DNA from: a virus
Direction: 5' to 3' (one strand)
Length of the DNA: 64,000 nt
Virus record (IMG/VR): IMGVR_UViG_3300005077_000010
Span: 27,660 to 91,659 of that record
The position numbers and the translations under genes are program-made. Below, piece by piece: positions 28,299 to 38,174 of the stretch. Each line of letters opens with the position of its first letter. Positions within the stretch are counted from its first letter, which is position 1. A model generated the notes under the pieces. That model had not been told where the DNA came from and ran no database searches. It was given only the letters and a program-made list of their open reading frames with translations.

Positions 28299-31200
28299 AT
28301 GACTAAAATTTATACCTATATTATTTTATTACTACTATTGCTAATTGGAAATCCGTTAGTATACGCACAAAGCCAAGGGAATATATTAACTATTCCAGCA
28401 GCTAACAGATTATATTTAAGATTAGATGGGAGTAATGAAACGACGGGAGAAATTTATTTTGGAGGTGATCTTCATAGTGCCACAAAAAATGGATGCTTTA
28501 TTCCATCAGTAGCCACATTAAATGGTACTCCTTACACATATAATGGACATGATTATAATGGTCATCCTCTAAAAGGCACATTAAATTGCTCTGATCCAAA
28601 TTGTGACAAAGTAATTTATGCCTCTAGCCCAGATATGGAAGATACAGCCGTTATTTGCTGCGACAGTACTTCTTCAAATGTTATGGTACTATTTGATAAC
28701 GGAGGGAGTTATACTACACCTTATGATTTAGATGTATGTTTATTTACAGCAAGTACTATTGATAATGGAGGATTATATTTTGGTTCTTATCCTCGTTTCG
28801 CTACTATTATTAAAGCAGGAGAATGTGCAACTGCTTTAACCGCATGGAATATTTTAGGAGCAAATGCTGTTTTAGATACAACTTTAAGTGATGTTTATAC
28901 TTGGGATACTGATACGTGTTCATATACTTATAATTCTCCTTCAGGTGCTACAGAATGGACTAGTAATTGTGGTTCAGATTGTGCCAGTTCATCTTTCCCA
29001 GAAACACCAACATTTACTGAAAATTCTACTCCTATTTATAACTGGGAAATAGACGATTCTGAAGGAGATTATAAAGCCATTGGGGATATTGATATTGATG
29101 GAAATTTATCTCTTGATGGCAATTTAACTGTCGGGGGAACAAGTACATTTAATGGTGATGTGTATACTGATAGATGGTTAGGTTTAACTTCTAATTTATT
29201 TTTAGGACCGGGAGTTATAGGTGCAGAGAATATTACTACAGGAGCACAAAAAACTGTTGCTCTTGGTTCTGATGCTTTATACAATTTAGTAAATGGTGAA
29301 GGTAATGTAGGAATAGGTCAAAAATCATTATATTCTTGTACTGCTGGAGTGGGCAATTTAGCAATAGGACAAGAAAGTTTATATGACACTACAACTGGGT
29401 CATTAAATGTTGGATTAGGATGGATGGCAGGACACGCAAATACAACTGGAGGATTACAGGTTTATATTGGTGCAGGGGCAGGGCGATTTTGTAATACTGG
29501 TTCGTTAGGAAATACTGGATTAGGTGCCGTTTCTTTACAATACGCTCAAGGCAATTATAATACAGCAATAGGCATTTGGGCAGGATCAAATATAACAGGT
29601 GAAGGACATAATAACATATTTATAGGGAAAGAAGCTGGAGCATACTTAGCAGATACTTCCGTAGCAACAGACTTAAGTAATTGTACTTTTATTGGTACGT
29701 CAACAAAAGCTTATACTGATTTTATTAGCAATTCAACAATTATAGGTTATGATACTACAGGACACGGGTCAAATACAGTTACAATAGGAAATGATGATAT
29801 AACAGATACATATTTACGAGGAATACTACATTTAAATGGTGCTTATGCGTTTCCAATTATTGATGGGACAGACGGACAAACTCTCACAACTAATGGAGCA
29901 GGAGAAGTTTCTTGGGCTTCATCTTCTACAGCTTTAGATACGGTCTACGCTCGCCTTGACGGCACAAACACACCTACAACCGGCACGTGGGATTTCGGTG
30001 GTGACATCCTGACAGACAGATGGGACACAAACAAACGGAACGTCTTTATTGGAAAGGAAGTTGCTGGGGGAACAGGAACTAAGACAGGGGTTTATGAAAA
30101 TGTGCTAATTGGATATCAAGCCGGGTACAACATGACCCACAATTCTGGCTTTGAGGCTAAAAACCTTGTGGGGATAGGGTACAGAAGTCTTTACAGCAAT
30201 ACAACGGGGAGAGACAACACAGGGATAGGGTACGAGGCTGGAGGAAGAAACACTACAGGGTCGTATAACTTTTATTTGGGGGCTGAATCGGGAAGTTCAG
30301 GGCTACAAACTTGCAGCTGGAACACGGCCATAGGTACCAAAGCAATGCTTACAATCGGCGGGGATGGTGGAACCGCTATTGGATATCTGGCAATGGGACA
30401 AGCTTACAATGGCGGATACAATACTGGGATTGGGTACAGGGCTGGGGCCGATTATTGGTGGGACGATAGATGGGGACCGGGAGATCATGATATCGGAGCG
30501 GCGACAGAAGTCAGCAACATTACTATGATTGGGGCGGGTGCTGCTCCGCAATACTACACGGATACCAATGAGACGGCCATTGGGTACCACGCACACGGTA
30601 GAGGATCGAACACGGTTTCCCTTGGGAACAGCGATGTTACAGATACCTATGTGCGCGGATACCTCCATGTAAACGATGCCTACAAACTCCCAAACGCAGA
30701 CGGAACCGTTGGACAGATCCTAGCTACCGATGGGGCGAGTACTGTTTCTTGGGCCTCCTCTTCTTCTGCACTCGATACGGTCTATGCCAGACTCGACGGT
30801 ACTAATGGCCCGACACAAGGAGAATGGACATTCGAAGATTATGCAAAATTTGATGATGAACTTGATCCAGTAGGAATAGGGGACGATGGACAAGGTTTTT
30901 CTATTCTTGATGGATCTGGAAATGAAATGGCATCGGTTTCCTATTATCCCAGTGTAACTATTATGGGAGGTATTCCTGCTACCGGATTCATAGCTAATAC
31001 CAAGGAAGGTGGAATATCGGTTGTTCAACTTCGGGATAGTGACGGAGAAAATCCAGTTCAGATACTTGTAAACGAGGCGAATAGTTCATCATCGTTGCAG
31101 TTCTTTAATACAGTCGAAAGCCCACTGTCGTATCTCCAGTTTGGAAATGCTGGGGCCGATAAAATGATCAGGCAATATCTTGACGATACAAACGGATGGT

Positions 31201-33881
31201 ATTGCATTTATGGGTACGACGATAATGATGCGGGTATTCCAGGCATTGTTTTTGGGGCTGAAGATGGAGAAAACATTTCCGATCACGGTCTAAGTGAAAA
31301 TGATGTTGTAGTTAATAGGGATCTTGAAATTAATGGTAGTAGTTATTTTGATAATAATGTGTACGGGCCAGAGTCCGCGTGTACCACGCCTACCACACTG
31401 ACCATCGACGGTGCGCCTGGAGCGTATGGCGGCAACGACTATGATTATGACACAATGGGAGTCGGGTGCATTGACGGGGGCGTTGCGGTAGTAGACGACG
31501 GCATAACATCAGCGGTGGGATTTTGTAAGGGTGACCCAGAGAAAGAAATTAAAGATATTACCGGGCTGACACTTGGCACTGACAATATCAGGGCGTGCCT
31601 CTTTGATCTTACATCGGTTTTTGGTCCTGATGGATATGCTACATTTCTTATGCCGTCATCTGACTCTTGTGCAAATTTGCTTGACAGCGCTCTTGGCCCA
31701 GGCCACGGGCTGACGGCTGATGTGGACGACCCGGAGTTTTTGTCGTGGAACCCGGATACTTGTGAATATGATGATCGTAACAGATCCGAAACCTACACCA
31801 TTGTTAGTACATGGGATGACCCGATAGAAACAACGGACGATTCCGCTATGGAATACTTCTGGGCGGTCAATAGTAATGGGGAAGCGGAATTTGCTAGTAT
31901 TACTACGAATGCGGTTGTCGTTGGTACAACTGGCAGTGATTATGCAATGCCAGCAACTCGTGGGTTGGACTATCAAACGTTAACGACAAATGGCGACGAT
32001 ACAACGGCTTGGGAATATCCAGCCTACAATCCAACAATGTTCTACGTAGGTGTGAACCCGGGTTTTGTAACTGATGATGTGGGGATCGGAGCGTATAACA
32101 CAACGCAGGATAACAACACAACACCGTTTTTTTCTGGCCGGTTTGACGCTACTGCAACACACACGGTTTCGGCTAGAACAATCCCGATGAGTGGTATATT
32201 CGGATCAGCAAAATACGAAGGAGATCAGGAGCTACAAAGCAGTATATTAGGACTAAATTTTTATACGGAATATGCGGGATCGTATGATTCTGTTAATGGG
32301 TCCGCGTCTGGCATTATTGTAAATATGGTGCAGAGTGGAAGTGGAGACATCGGACTTATAACGGGCGTGACCCCAGTTATGTCTCATACAGGTACCGGAA
32401 ATGTCGCAACGGTGCGATATTTTTCTTTTGACGAAACGTCATCCCCGCAAGGCGCGTTAGCATACCAGACCGGCCTATATGTAAATACGCTAGAAAACGC
32501 TGATGTAAACATCGGCATTGAGATATCTGCATCTGCAATAACCGATAACAATGATTGGGGAATTACTAGCGAGATGCCGATGTTGGCAAAAGACGGTATT
32601 GCATGGTGGTTTGGGACAGAGCGCGATGTGGCACTTTCGGCCAGCATAGCAGATCAATTAGATTTTACGCCAAGCACTACAGACGGGGATGTAGCAATTA
32701 ATGTTATAGGCACAGGTGGTTTAACTATTGGTGATAATCTGTCATTAGGAGCATCTACGCATCTAGTATTACCGAATGACAATGATTCAGTAACTCCCAC
32801 ATTAGCATTCGGAGACGGGGATACAGGAATATACGAATCATTGGATGATGTATTAATATTTGTTGTTGAAGAACTTCCGGTGTTATCTTTAACATCCTCT
32901 GGAACATTAATAAGCGGAAGAACAGTGACTTCGACATTGGCGGGAGATGTAGCTTTAAATATGATAGGAATATATGAAAACAGTACAACGTCAGTAAGTG
33001 ATGCATATATAGGTGCCTTTCCAAGTTTATTTGGTGACATTTTATACTTTATAGGTGGGCCAAATGTTGCGACGAGCCTTAATGGCGGGTACCAATTTTC
33101 AATAGAAGATGGGACAGGCAACGCAAAGTTTTCCATACATAAAGACGGTTATGTAGGAATAAATAATGGAGGTCCAACTGTAGGATTACATATAGGAACA
33201 AATACCACAACCCACTCACTATCGGGAACAACAGCGATATTAATAACAGGTGATACTGAAATTGACGGTACTACATATTTAGATAATTTAGTGTATATAG
33301 CAAACGAGACAAAAATAGGTGATGGCGGAACAACGAATTATACTAAATTAGCTACAGACGGGGAAATAACATTATTTGGTACTGCTAGAGTATATAAAAA
33401 TGAATGGATAACAGTTGGAGCATTAAAGGCACCTGGGGTTAAACCGGCAGCTTATACTGATTATGGTATTTCTGGGGCATACGCTTTTGATGACTCTGAT
33501 GCCGAAGTGGTAGTTGCTAATATTAGGTTACCACAAGACATGGATAAAACAGTTGTTCCTGATATTAATATTGGGTGGGGAGCAAACGCCACAAGCGGAA
33601 ACGTAGTATGGCAAGTTGAATATTTATATAGAGCAGATAATGAAGCATTAGATTCAGGAACGCCGGATGACACGTTAACTGTTACATCTGGTGTTTCAGG
33701 AACCTCAGATGGGTTAGTAGTTTCTTCTGTAACACTAGCAGCACCGGGAAGTTCTGACAAATTATTACTATTACGCATTAAAAGACTAGGTACAGATGGA
33801 AGTGATGATTTATCAGGGGATGCTTATTTAGTAGGATGCGGGTTAAAATATACGGCAGATAAATTAGGTCAGGCGTATTAA
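28299..33881 (+). CDS. Very large mosaic fibre/adhesin-like protein with Gly-rich beta-roll repeats and signal-peptide-like N-terminus
   Basis: MTKIYTYIILLLLLLIGNPLVYA. N(T/V)(A/G)IG..(A/S) repeats, duplicated DG..GQ.L.T.G...SW...YARLDG linkers, C-terminal jelly-roll-like domain. Confidence 0.75.
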   Translation: MTKIYTYIILLLLLLIGNPLVYAQSQGNILTIPAANRLYLRLDGSNETTGEIYFGGDLHSATKNGCFIPSVATLNGTPYTYNGHDYNGHPLKGTLNCSDPNCDKVIYASSPDMEDTAVICCDSTSSNVMVLFDNGGSYTTPYDLDVCLFTASTIDNGGLYFGSYPRFATIIKAGECATALTAWNILGANAVLDTTLSDVYTWDTDTCSYTYNSPSGATEWTSNCGSDCASSSFPETPTFTENSTPIYNWEIDDSEGDYKAIGDIDIDGNLSLDGNLTVGGTSTFNGDVYTDRWLGLTSNLFLGPGVIGAENITTGAQKTVALGSDALYNLVNGEGNVGIGQKSLYSCTAGVGNLAIGQESLYDTTTGSLNVGLGWMAGHANTTGGLQVYIGAGAGRFCNTGSLGNTGLGAVSLQYAQGNYNTAIGIWAGSNITGEGHNNIFIGKEAGAYLADTSVATDLSNCTFIGTSTKAYTDFISNSTIIGYDTTGHGSNTVTIGNDDITDTYLRGILHLNGAYAFPIIDGTDGQTLTTNGAGEVSWASSSTALDTVYARLDGTNTPTTGTWDFGGDILTDRWDTNKRNVFIGKEVAGGTGTKTGVYENVLIGYQAGYNMTHNSGFEAKNLVGIGYRSLYSNTTGRDNTGIGYEAGGRNTTGSYNFYLGAESGSSGLQTCSWNTAIGTKAMLTIGGDGGTAIGYLAMGQAYNGGYNTGIGYRAGADYWWDDRWGPGDHDIGAATEVSNITMIGAGAAPQYYTDTNETAIGYHAHGRGSNTVSLGNSDVTDTYVRGYLHVNDAYKLPNADGTVGQILATDGASTVSWASSSSALDTVYARLDGTNGPTQGEWTFEDYAKFDDELDPVGIGDDGQGFSILDGSGNEMASVSYYPSVTIMGGIPATGFIANTKEGGISVVQLRDSDGENPVQILVNEANSSSSLQFFNTVESPLSYLQFGNAGADKMIRQYLDDTNGWYCIYGYDDNDAGIPGIVFGAEDGENISDHGLSENDVVVNRDLEINGSSYFDNNVYGPESACTTPTTLTIDGAPGAYGGNDYDYDTMGVGCIDGGVAVVDDGITSAVGFCKGDPEKEIKDITGLTLGTDNIRACLFDLTSVFGPDGYATFLMPSSDSCANLLDSALGPGHGLTADVDDPEFLSWNPDTCEYDDRNRSETYTIVSTWDDPIETTDDSAMEYFWAVNSNGEAEFASITTNAVVVGTTGSDYAMPATRGLDYQTLTTNGDDTTAWEYPAYNPTMFYVGVNPGFVTDDVGIGAYNTTQDNNTTPFFSGRFDATATHTVSARTIPMSGIFGSAKYEGDQELQSSILGLNFYTEYAGSYDSVNGSASGIIVNMVQSGSGDIGLITGVTPVMSHTGTGNVATVRYFSFDETSSPQGALAYQTGLYVNTLENADVNIGIEISASAITDNNDWGITSEMPMLAKDGIAWWFGTERDVALSASIADQLDFTPSTTDGDVAINVIGTGGLTIGDNLSLGASTHLVLPNDNDSVTPTLAFGDGDTGIYESLDDVLIFVVEELPVLSLTSSGTLISGRTVTSTLAGDVALNMIGIYENSTTSVSDAYIGAFPSLFGDILYFIGGPNVATSLNGGYQFSIEDGTGNAKFSIHKDGYVGINNGGPTVGLHIGTNTTTHSLSGTTAILITGDTEIDGTTYLDNLVYIANETKIGDGGTTNYTKLATDGEITLFGTARVYKNEWITVGALKAPGVKPAAYTDYGISGAYAFDDSDAEVVVANIRLPQDMDKTVVPDINIGWGANATSGNVVWQVEYLYRADNEALDSGTPDDTLTVTSGVSGTSDGLVVSSVTLAAPGSSDKLLLLRIKRLGTDGSDDLSGDAYLVGCGLKYTADKLGQAY

Positions 33882-33890
33882 GGAGTAAAC

Positions 33891-34385
33891 ATGGGTGAAA
33901 CTATTTATATAGGAGACACAATATATAGACAATTTACTATATTTAATACAGATGGTGTTACTCCTTTATCTGGTGAAAGTTACTCTGACTTCTCTATTTA
34001 TTACGTAATTAATAGTTCAGCTAAATCTTTTACACTAAGCGGAAGTAATTTAATTGAAATAGGATCTAGCGGCACATACAGTTTAGTAATTACTCCAACG
34101 GAAACAGGAAATCATTATATTCGAATTAAAGGTACAAATGACGTTTATGCCGCATGGAAAGAATTTTATTTTACAGTTAGTAATGTTACATCAGGTATTA
34201 ATATTATTGAAAAAATACTTACAAATAAAATGGTAATAAAAGCTCAAGGTGGACATTATTATCAAATTGTATATGATGATGATGGAACAACGGAATTAAT
34301 AAAATGGCGATTGTATACTTTAGCTGATGGTAATCCTACAATTGCCACAACTGCCCCTGCGTCTAGAGGAACGCCGATAACTTAA
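33891..34385 (+). CDS. Putative virion protein (Ig-like N-terminal domain)
   Basis: Beta-rich, EIGSSGTY, IVYDDDGTT. Structural-module context. Confidence 0.5.
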   Translation: MGETIYIGDTIYRQFTIFNTDGVTPLSGESYSDFSIYYVINSSAKSFTLSGSNLIEIGSSGTYSLVITPTETGNHYIRIKGTNDVYAAWKEFYFTVSNVTSGINIIEKILTNKMVIKAQGGHYYQIVYDDDGTTELIKWRLYTLADGNPTIATTAPASRGTPIT

Positions 34386-34386
34386 A

Positions 34387-34851
34387 ATGATTATTACCCA
34401 AGGTTATATTAGCGGAAATATGTGTACTCATGGTTATGGGGCCATGTATACCGAAGAACATATTAGTGAATGTAGATTTTTATCGTTTTATTTTGGAACA
34501 CTGGATACAAATTATACATTAAAAACATTGGGAGTAAGTACCTCATTATTAACTGATACTCAACTTTTAAACTGTGAAAGTACTTTATCAGCTATAAATA
34601 TGGAGGTTACGCATTTTAAAAAACTAAATTGTACTTATGTATTTTCAGTAATCAAAAAAAATAAAAAAGAAATTACACTAGATATCACGTTTAGTTCGTA
34701 TAATACAACAGAAACTTTATCCACTTTAGACTCAACAACAGTACAAACACCCCCATTAATTAGTACAGGGGATATTAAGTATTTATCAGTAGTTATAACG
34801 TTTAAAAAATATCATATGACTGCGGCATTTAAATGTGACCCGCAATTATAA
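34387..34851 (+). CDS. Hypothetical protein
   Basis: ORF in operon, IITQGY N-terminus. Confidence 0.5.
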   Translation: MIITQGYISGNMCTHGYGAMYTEEHISECRFLSFYFGTLDTNYTLKTLGVSTSLLTDTQLLNCESTLSAINMEVTHFKKLNCTYVFSVIKKNKKEITLDITFSSYNTTETLSTLDSTTVQTPPLISTGDIKYLSVVITFKKYHMTAAFKCDPQL

Positions 34852-34853
34852 GC

Positions 34854-34882
34854 TTGACAGACGTTTTAAATTTTACTATACT
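34854..34882 (+). promoter_or_regulatory. sigma70-type promoter
   Basis: TTGACA-N17-TATACT. Confidence 0.7.
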
Positions 34883-34913
34883 ATTTAAAACACATGTAAT
34901 AGGAGAATAAGCA

Positions 34914-35195
34914 ATGAAAAATTTAATGATTACTATTTTAATAATTATTTCTTTACTTTTTAGTGTAAGTGCTTTATGTCAAGATAATAAAACAGCATCT
35001 CAGGATACTTCACAATCTACAATAGATACAAAGTTAGAAAAAGTAAAGGCAGATTTAGATCAAGTTAATATAACGATTGAGAAACTACAACAGCAATTAC
35101 TACAGGCAAATAAACAGCTATTATTATTACAAGGGTATTATGCGGCACTTCAAGAAATTAATGCTGATAACGCCTCACAAAATCTTCCTAAATAA
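34914..35195 (+). CDS. Exported or membrane-anchored coiled-coil protein
   Basis: Signal-peptide-like MKNLMITILIIISLLFSVSA followed by heptad repeats. Confidence 0.6.
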   Translation: MKNLMITILIIISLLFSVSALCQDNKTASQDTSQSTIDTKLEKVKADLDQVNITIEKLQQQLLQANKQLLLLQGYYAALQEINADNASQNLPK

Positions 35196-35211
35196 ATGAG
35201 GATCAAAATAA

Positions 35212-35520
35212 ATGGAAGAAGTCAACGAGAAATCTACAGTAATCTTAACTTTAGCTTTTACAGATGAAGATGGTAACGCTTTTATTCCAGATAGTTTAAC
35301 GTATATCTTATATGACAAAATAAGTGGTACAGAACGAGCATCTGGGACATTAGTTCCTGCGGCATCTGTAGATTTAGAGTTAACACCGGCACACAATGCA
35401 ATACTCGATCAAAATAATAGATATGAAATTGCAGAAGTACAAGTAACATATGTTTCCGGTACAAAAACTGGAAGAAGTACATATGCGTATAAAATAATTA
35501 ATTTACCTAAAACTACATAG
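35212..35520 (+). CDS. Small beta-sandwich putative virion protein
   Basis: VNEKST..L...FTDEDG, beta-rich. Confidence 0.5.
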   Translation: MEEVNEKSTVILTLAFTDEDGNAFIPDSLTYILYDKISGTERASGTLVPAASVDLELTPAHNAILDQNNRYEIAEVQVTYVSGTKTGRSTYAYKIINLPKTT

Positions 35521-35531
35521 GAGAATATACA

Positions 35532-35924
35532 GTGAGTATAGGTAATAAACGACAAAAAAGATATGTTTATGACACAGGAACAGGAAGATATGAGGCTGTT
35601 CTTACAGGTGAAGGAGTAGGATCTGTTGGGCATAACACGACATTAGCATTAGCCAGCGGTGTGTGGAATAGCTGGACAATACCACTTGGAGCTAGAAATT
35701 TTACAATTCAGGCAAGAGGTGGTGCAGTAGTGCGAATGACATTTGATGTGTCTCATACTAATTATTTAACAATTAAAGCTAATGCGGTATTTAATATGAC
35801 TGAATTTTTTGGTCAAGGTGGTGCCGGATCAAATGGAGTGCGAATTTATTTTTATTGTGCTTCAAACGAGGTTTTAGAAATTTTGTATTTTACTGATGGG
35901 GCTGGTGGTGAATGCCAAAGCTAA
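35532..35924 (+). CDS. Putative virion protein
   Basis: AGGAG RBS, GTG start, beta-rich. Confidence 0.5.
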   Translation: MSIGNKRQKRYVYDTGTGRYEAVLTGEGVGSVGHNTTLALASGVWNSWTIPLGARNFTIQARGGAVVRMTFDVSHTNYLTIKANAVFNMTEFFGQGGAGSNGVRIYFYCASNEVLEILYFTDGAGGECQS

Positions 35925-35937
35925 TATTGAGGTATAA

Positions 35938-37077
35938 ATGGCATCTAGGATATTATTTATAGATGGGTGTAGTCAATATAGTACTAATCTAAGTTTATCT
36001 AATGACCATATTAAACTATATTATGACACAGTTACCTCTAATGTTGTTTGTGAAAATACATATCCTAGGCATACTGGTATTGGATACATAGTTGCGCCGG
36101 GTGCAGTTACAAATGAGTATTTTGAATTAAACCAATCAACAAGTGTATATACTTCAGCCGTACTTAGCTTTGCATTTATGGTAAAACCGTTATCTTCAAC
36201 AGCAACAATATCCAACTCATTTTACCACACGTTTTTAGTTATTTTAGGTACTCCTGGCGGTCCTGGTGCAGGGACCACAGGAGTATGTGTTATTTTGCGT
36301 AATGAATATGGGCGATTATGTGCCAAACATAGTTCTATTAGTGGTACTACTTTAGGTAGATCATCTGAAAAAATATTCAATTTTTATGAATGGGTTTATA
36401 TAGAAATGAAACTTTATTTAGGAGTAGCTGGTTCTATAGATGTCTACGCAAATAATACAAAATATATATCAGCAACTAATACGTTAACTATGCCTGTATC
36501 AACATATACTTATGCCACATACAATACTATAAGATTTCAAGGCGCAAGCGATCCCAATATAAAGCATTGTTTTACAGACATATCACTAAAATTGTCTACA
36601 GTAGCAAATGAAGGCACTATTTTAAATGATAGTATGGTGGAAACATTAAGACCAGTAGGTAATTCAGCACCATTAGAATTTCATGCGTCTGTAGGAACTA
36701 ATTATACGTGTGTAGACAAACAAAATTGGGAGAGTGATGCCCAATATGTGTGGGTTGACGCGGTACCTTCAGTTAATAAAACAGATATTTATATTTTTGG
36801 AGATATGGAAGCAATAGCCGGTTTTATTCATATACACGCAGTAGGAGTATTAATAATAGGAAGAAGTAATGATATATATACTCATGTTCGTGGTGCAGTA
36901 GATTATTCAACTACTACTTCATATAGTACTGTACCTAATAATTACACAATGGAAACACTACCCAATGATCCCCCTATGTATAGTTTTATTTGGGAACAAG
37001 ATCCTATAACTTCTCTTGATTGGACTTACACAAATATAAACAACAATAGAGGATTTGGGGTAGCTGTTTATATGTAG
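35938..37077 (+). CDS. ConA/LamG-like beta-sandwich virion protein, paralog 1
   Basis: FIDG, WVYIEMK, TDI, VETLRP, CVDK, WT..NIN motifs shared with the next two genes. Confidence 0.6.
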   Translation: MASRILFIDGCSQYSTNLSLSNDHIKLYYDTVTSNVVCENTYPRHTGIGYIVAPGAVTNEYFELNQSTSVYTSAVLSFAFMVKPLSSTATISNSFYHTFLVILGTPGGPGAGTTGVCVILRNEYGRLCAKHSSISGTTLGRSSEKIFNFYEWVYIEMKLYLGVAGSIDVYANNTKYISATNTLTMPVSTYTYATYNTIRFQGASDPNIKHCFTDISLKLSTVANEGTILNDSMVETLRPVGNSAPLEFHASVGTNYTCVDKQNWESDAQYVWVDAVPSVNKTDIYIFGDMEAIAGFIHIHAVGVLIIGRSNDIYTHVRGAVDYSTTTSYSTVPNNYTMETLPNDPPMYSFIWEQDPITSLDWTYTNINNNRGFGVAVYM

Positions 37078-37083
37078 GCAACT

Positions 37084-38166
37084 ATGGCAAAAAAATTTAT
37101 ATTAGTAGATGGAGTGTCTAATTATAATACTAATGATGCTATATATAAAAAATGGGATGCAGCTAGTAATGTGGTAGTAAGTACTTCTTCTTATAGGCGT
37201 ACAGGAACAAACAGTTTACAATTAGCAGCTGGTACAAGTTATCTTTCTAAATTTTTTGATATTATAGATGCTACTACTTTATATGAAAATACAATTACTG
37301 TAGGATTGGCAATAAAAGTTAATAATACAGCTGGGACCACACCACTTTTAACTTTTTTCTCGTTTAATTCTACTACAACAGGTCATGCAAATCAAATTTC
37401 GTTAATATTAAAAAGTAAAGAAGTACAAATTATTACTCCTGCATCAGTATTAATTAGTCGTTCTTACTTTCCTGTTATAACTAATTATAAGTGGCACTAT
37501 TTAGAGATGCAACTACGATTAGCTACAACAACAGGTGCGATTAGTGTTGCAGTTGATGGTATTACATATATAAGTATCGCGCATATAAATACTTATTATA
37601 ATTCTAGTTATACAGAATTAGCAGGAGTTCAAATAGGAGGAACAAGTATACCTGCTCAATTTACAATAACTGATATTTATATAGTAGCAGGGGGCACACA
37701 ATTTTATGGGCCTAGTGTAGTAGATACAATCCAGCCAGTATCACGAGGATCATCTGGACCCGTCTATTTTACACCTGTAGGCCAAACAAATACTTATCAA
37801 TGTATAGATAAAGTTAATCTTAATGATGATGCTTATTATATTGAGGGTTCTTTTTATGACCAAGCTTCAGAAACATACAATTTTGAAGATTTAGTTGCAT
37901 ATACGGATACAGGTTACGATATTAGTGTACTATGTATTACTATAGCAGCAGGAACAGTTTCACCAGGACACAGAAAGTTACAAATAAGAATAAATAGTAC
38001 AGTTATAACTGATGCTTATATGATATTTAGTGGAACAGAATATATATTTAAACAAGTATTTTTTGAGACTGATCCTTTTTATCCGGCATTAAAACCTAAA
38101 TGGTCTGTATCAGATATAAATGTTAGAAGTTTTGGCGTGTATGATACTATAGTCGCGTATTCTTAG
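37084..38166 (+). CDS. ConA/LamG-like beta-sandwich virion protein, paralog 2
   Basis: LVDG, WHYLEMQ, TDIY, VDTIQP, CIDK, WSVSDIN. Confidence 0.6.
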   Translation: MAKKFILVDGVSNYNTNDAIYKKWDAASNVVVSTSSYRRTGTNSLQLAAGTSYLSKFFDIIDATTLYENTITVGLAIKVNNTAGTTPLLTFFSFNSTTTGHANQISLILKSKEVQIITPASVLISRSYFPVITNYKWHYLEMQLRLATTTGAISVAVDGITYISIAHINTYYNSSYTELAGVQIGGTSIPAQFTITDIYIVAGGTQFYGPSVVDTIQPVSRGSSGPVYFTPVGQTNTYQCIDKVNLNDDAYYIEGSFYDQASETYNFEDLVAYTDTGYDISVLCITIAAGTVSPGHRKLQIRINSTVITDAYMIFSGTEYIFKQVFFETDPFYPALKPKWSVSDINVRSFGVYDTIVAYS

Positions 38167-38174
38167 GATTTATT

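Noticed and set aside
29760-30830. Duplicated segment as a DGR template/variable repeat pair
   Set aside because: Differences are not adenine-specific, both copies are in-frame coding, and no reverse transcriptase is present in the window.
24492-33881. Trimeric autotransporter call for the large fibres
   Set aside because: No recognisable C-terminal YadA-type beta-barrel anchor; the C-termini look like soluble fibre tip domains.
34914-35195. Lipoprotein or o-spanin call
   Set aside because: SALC is a poor lipobox and the gene is far from the lysis cassette, so it is kept only as an exported coiled-coil protein.
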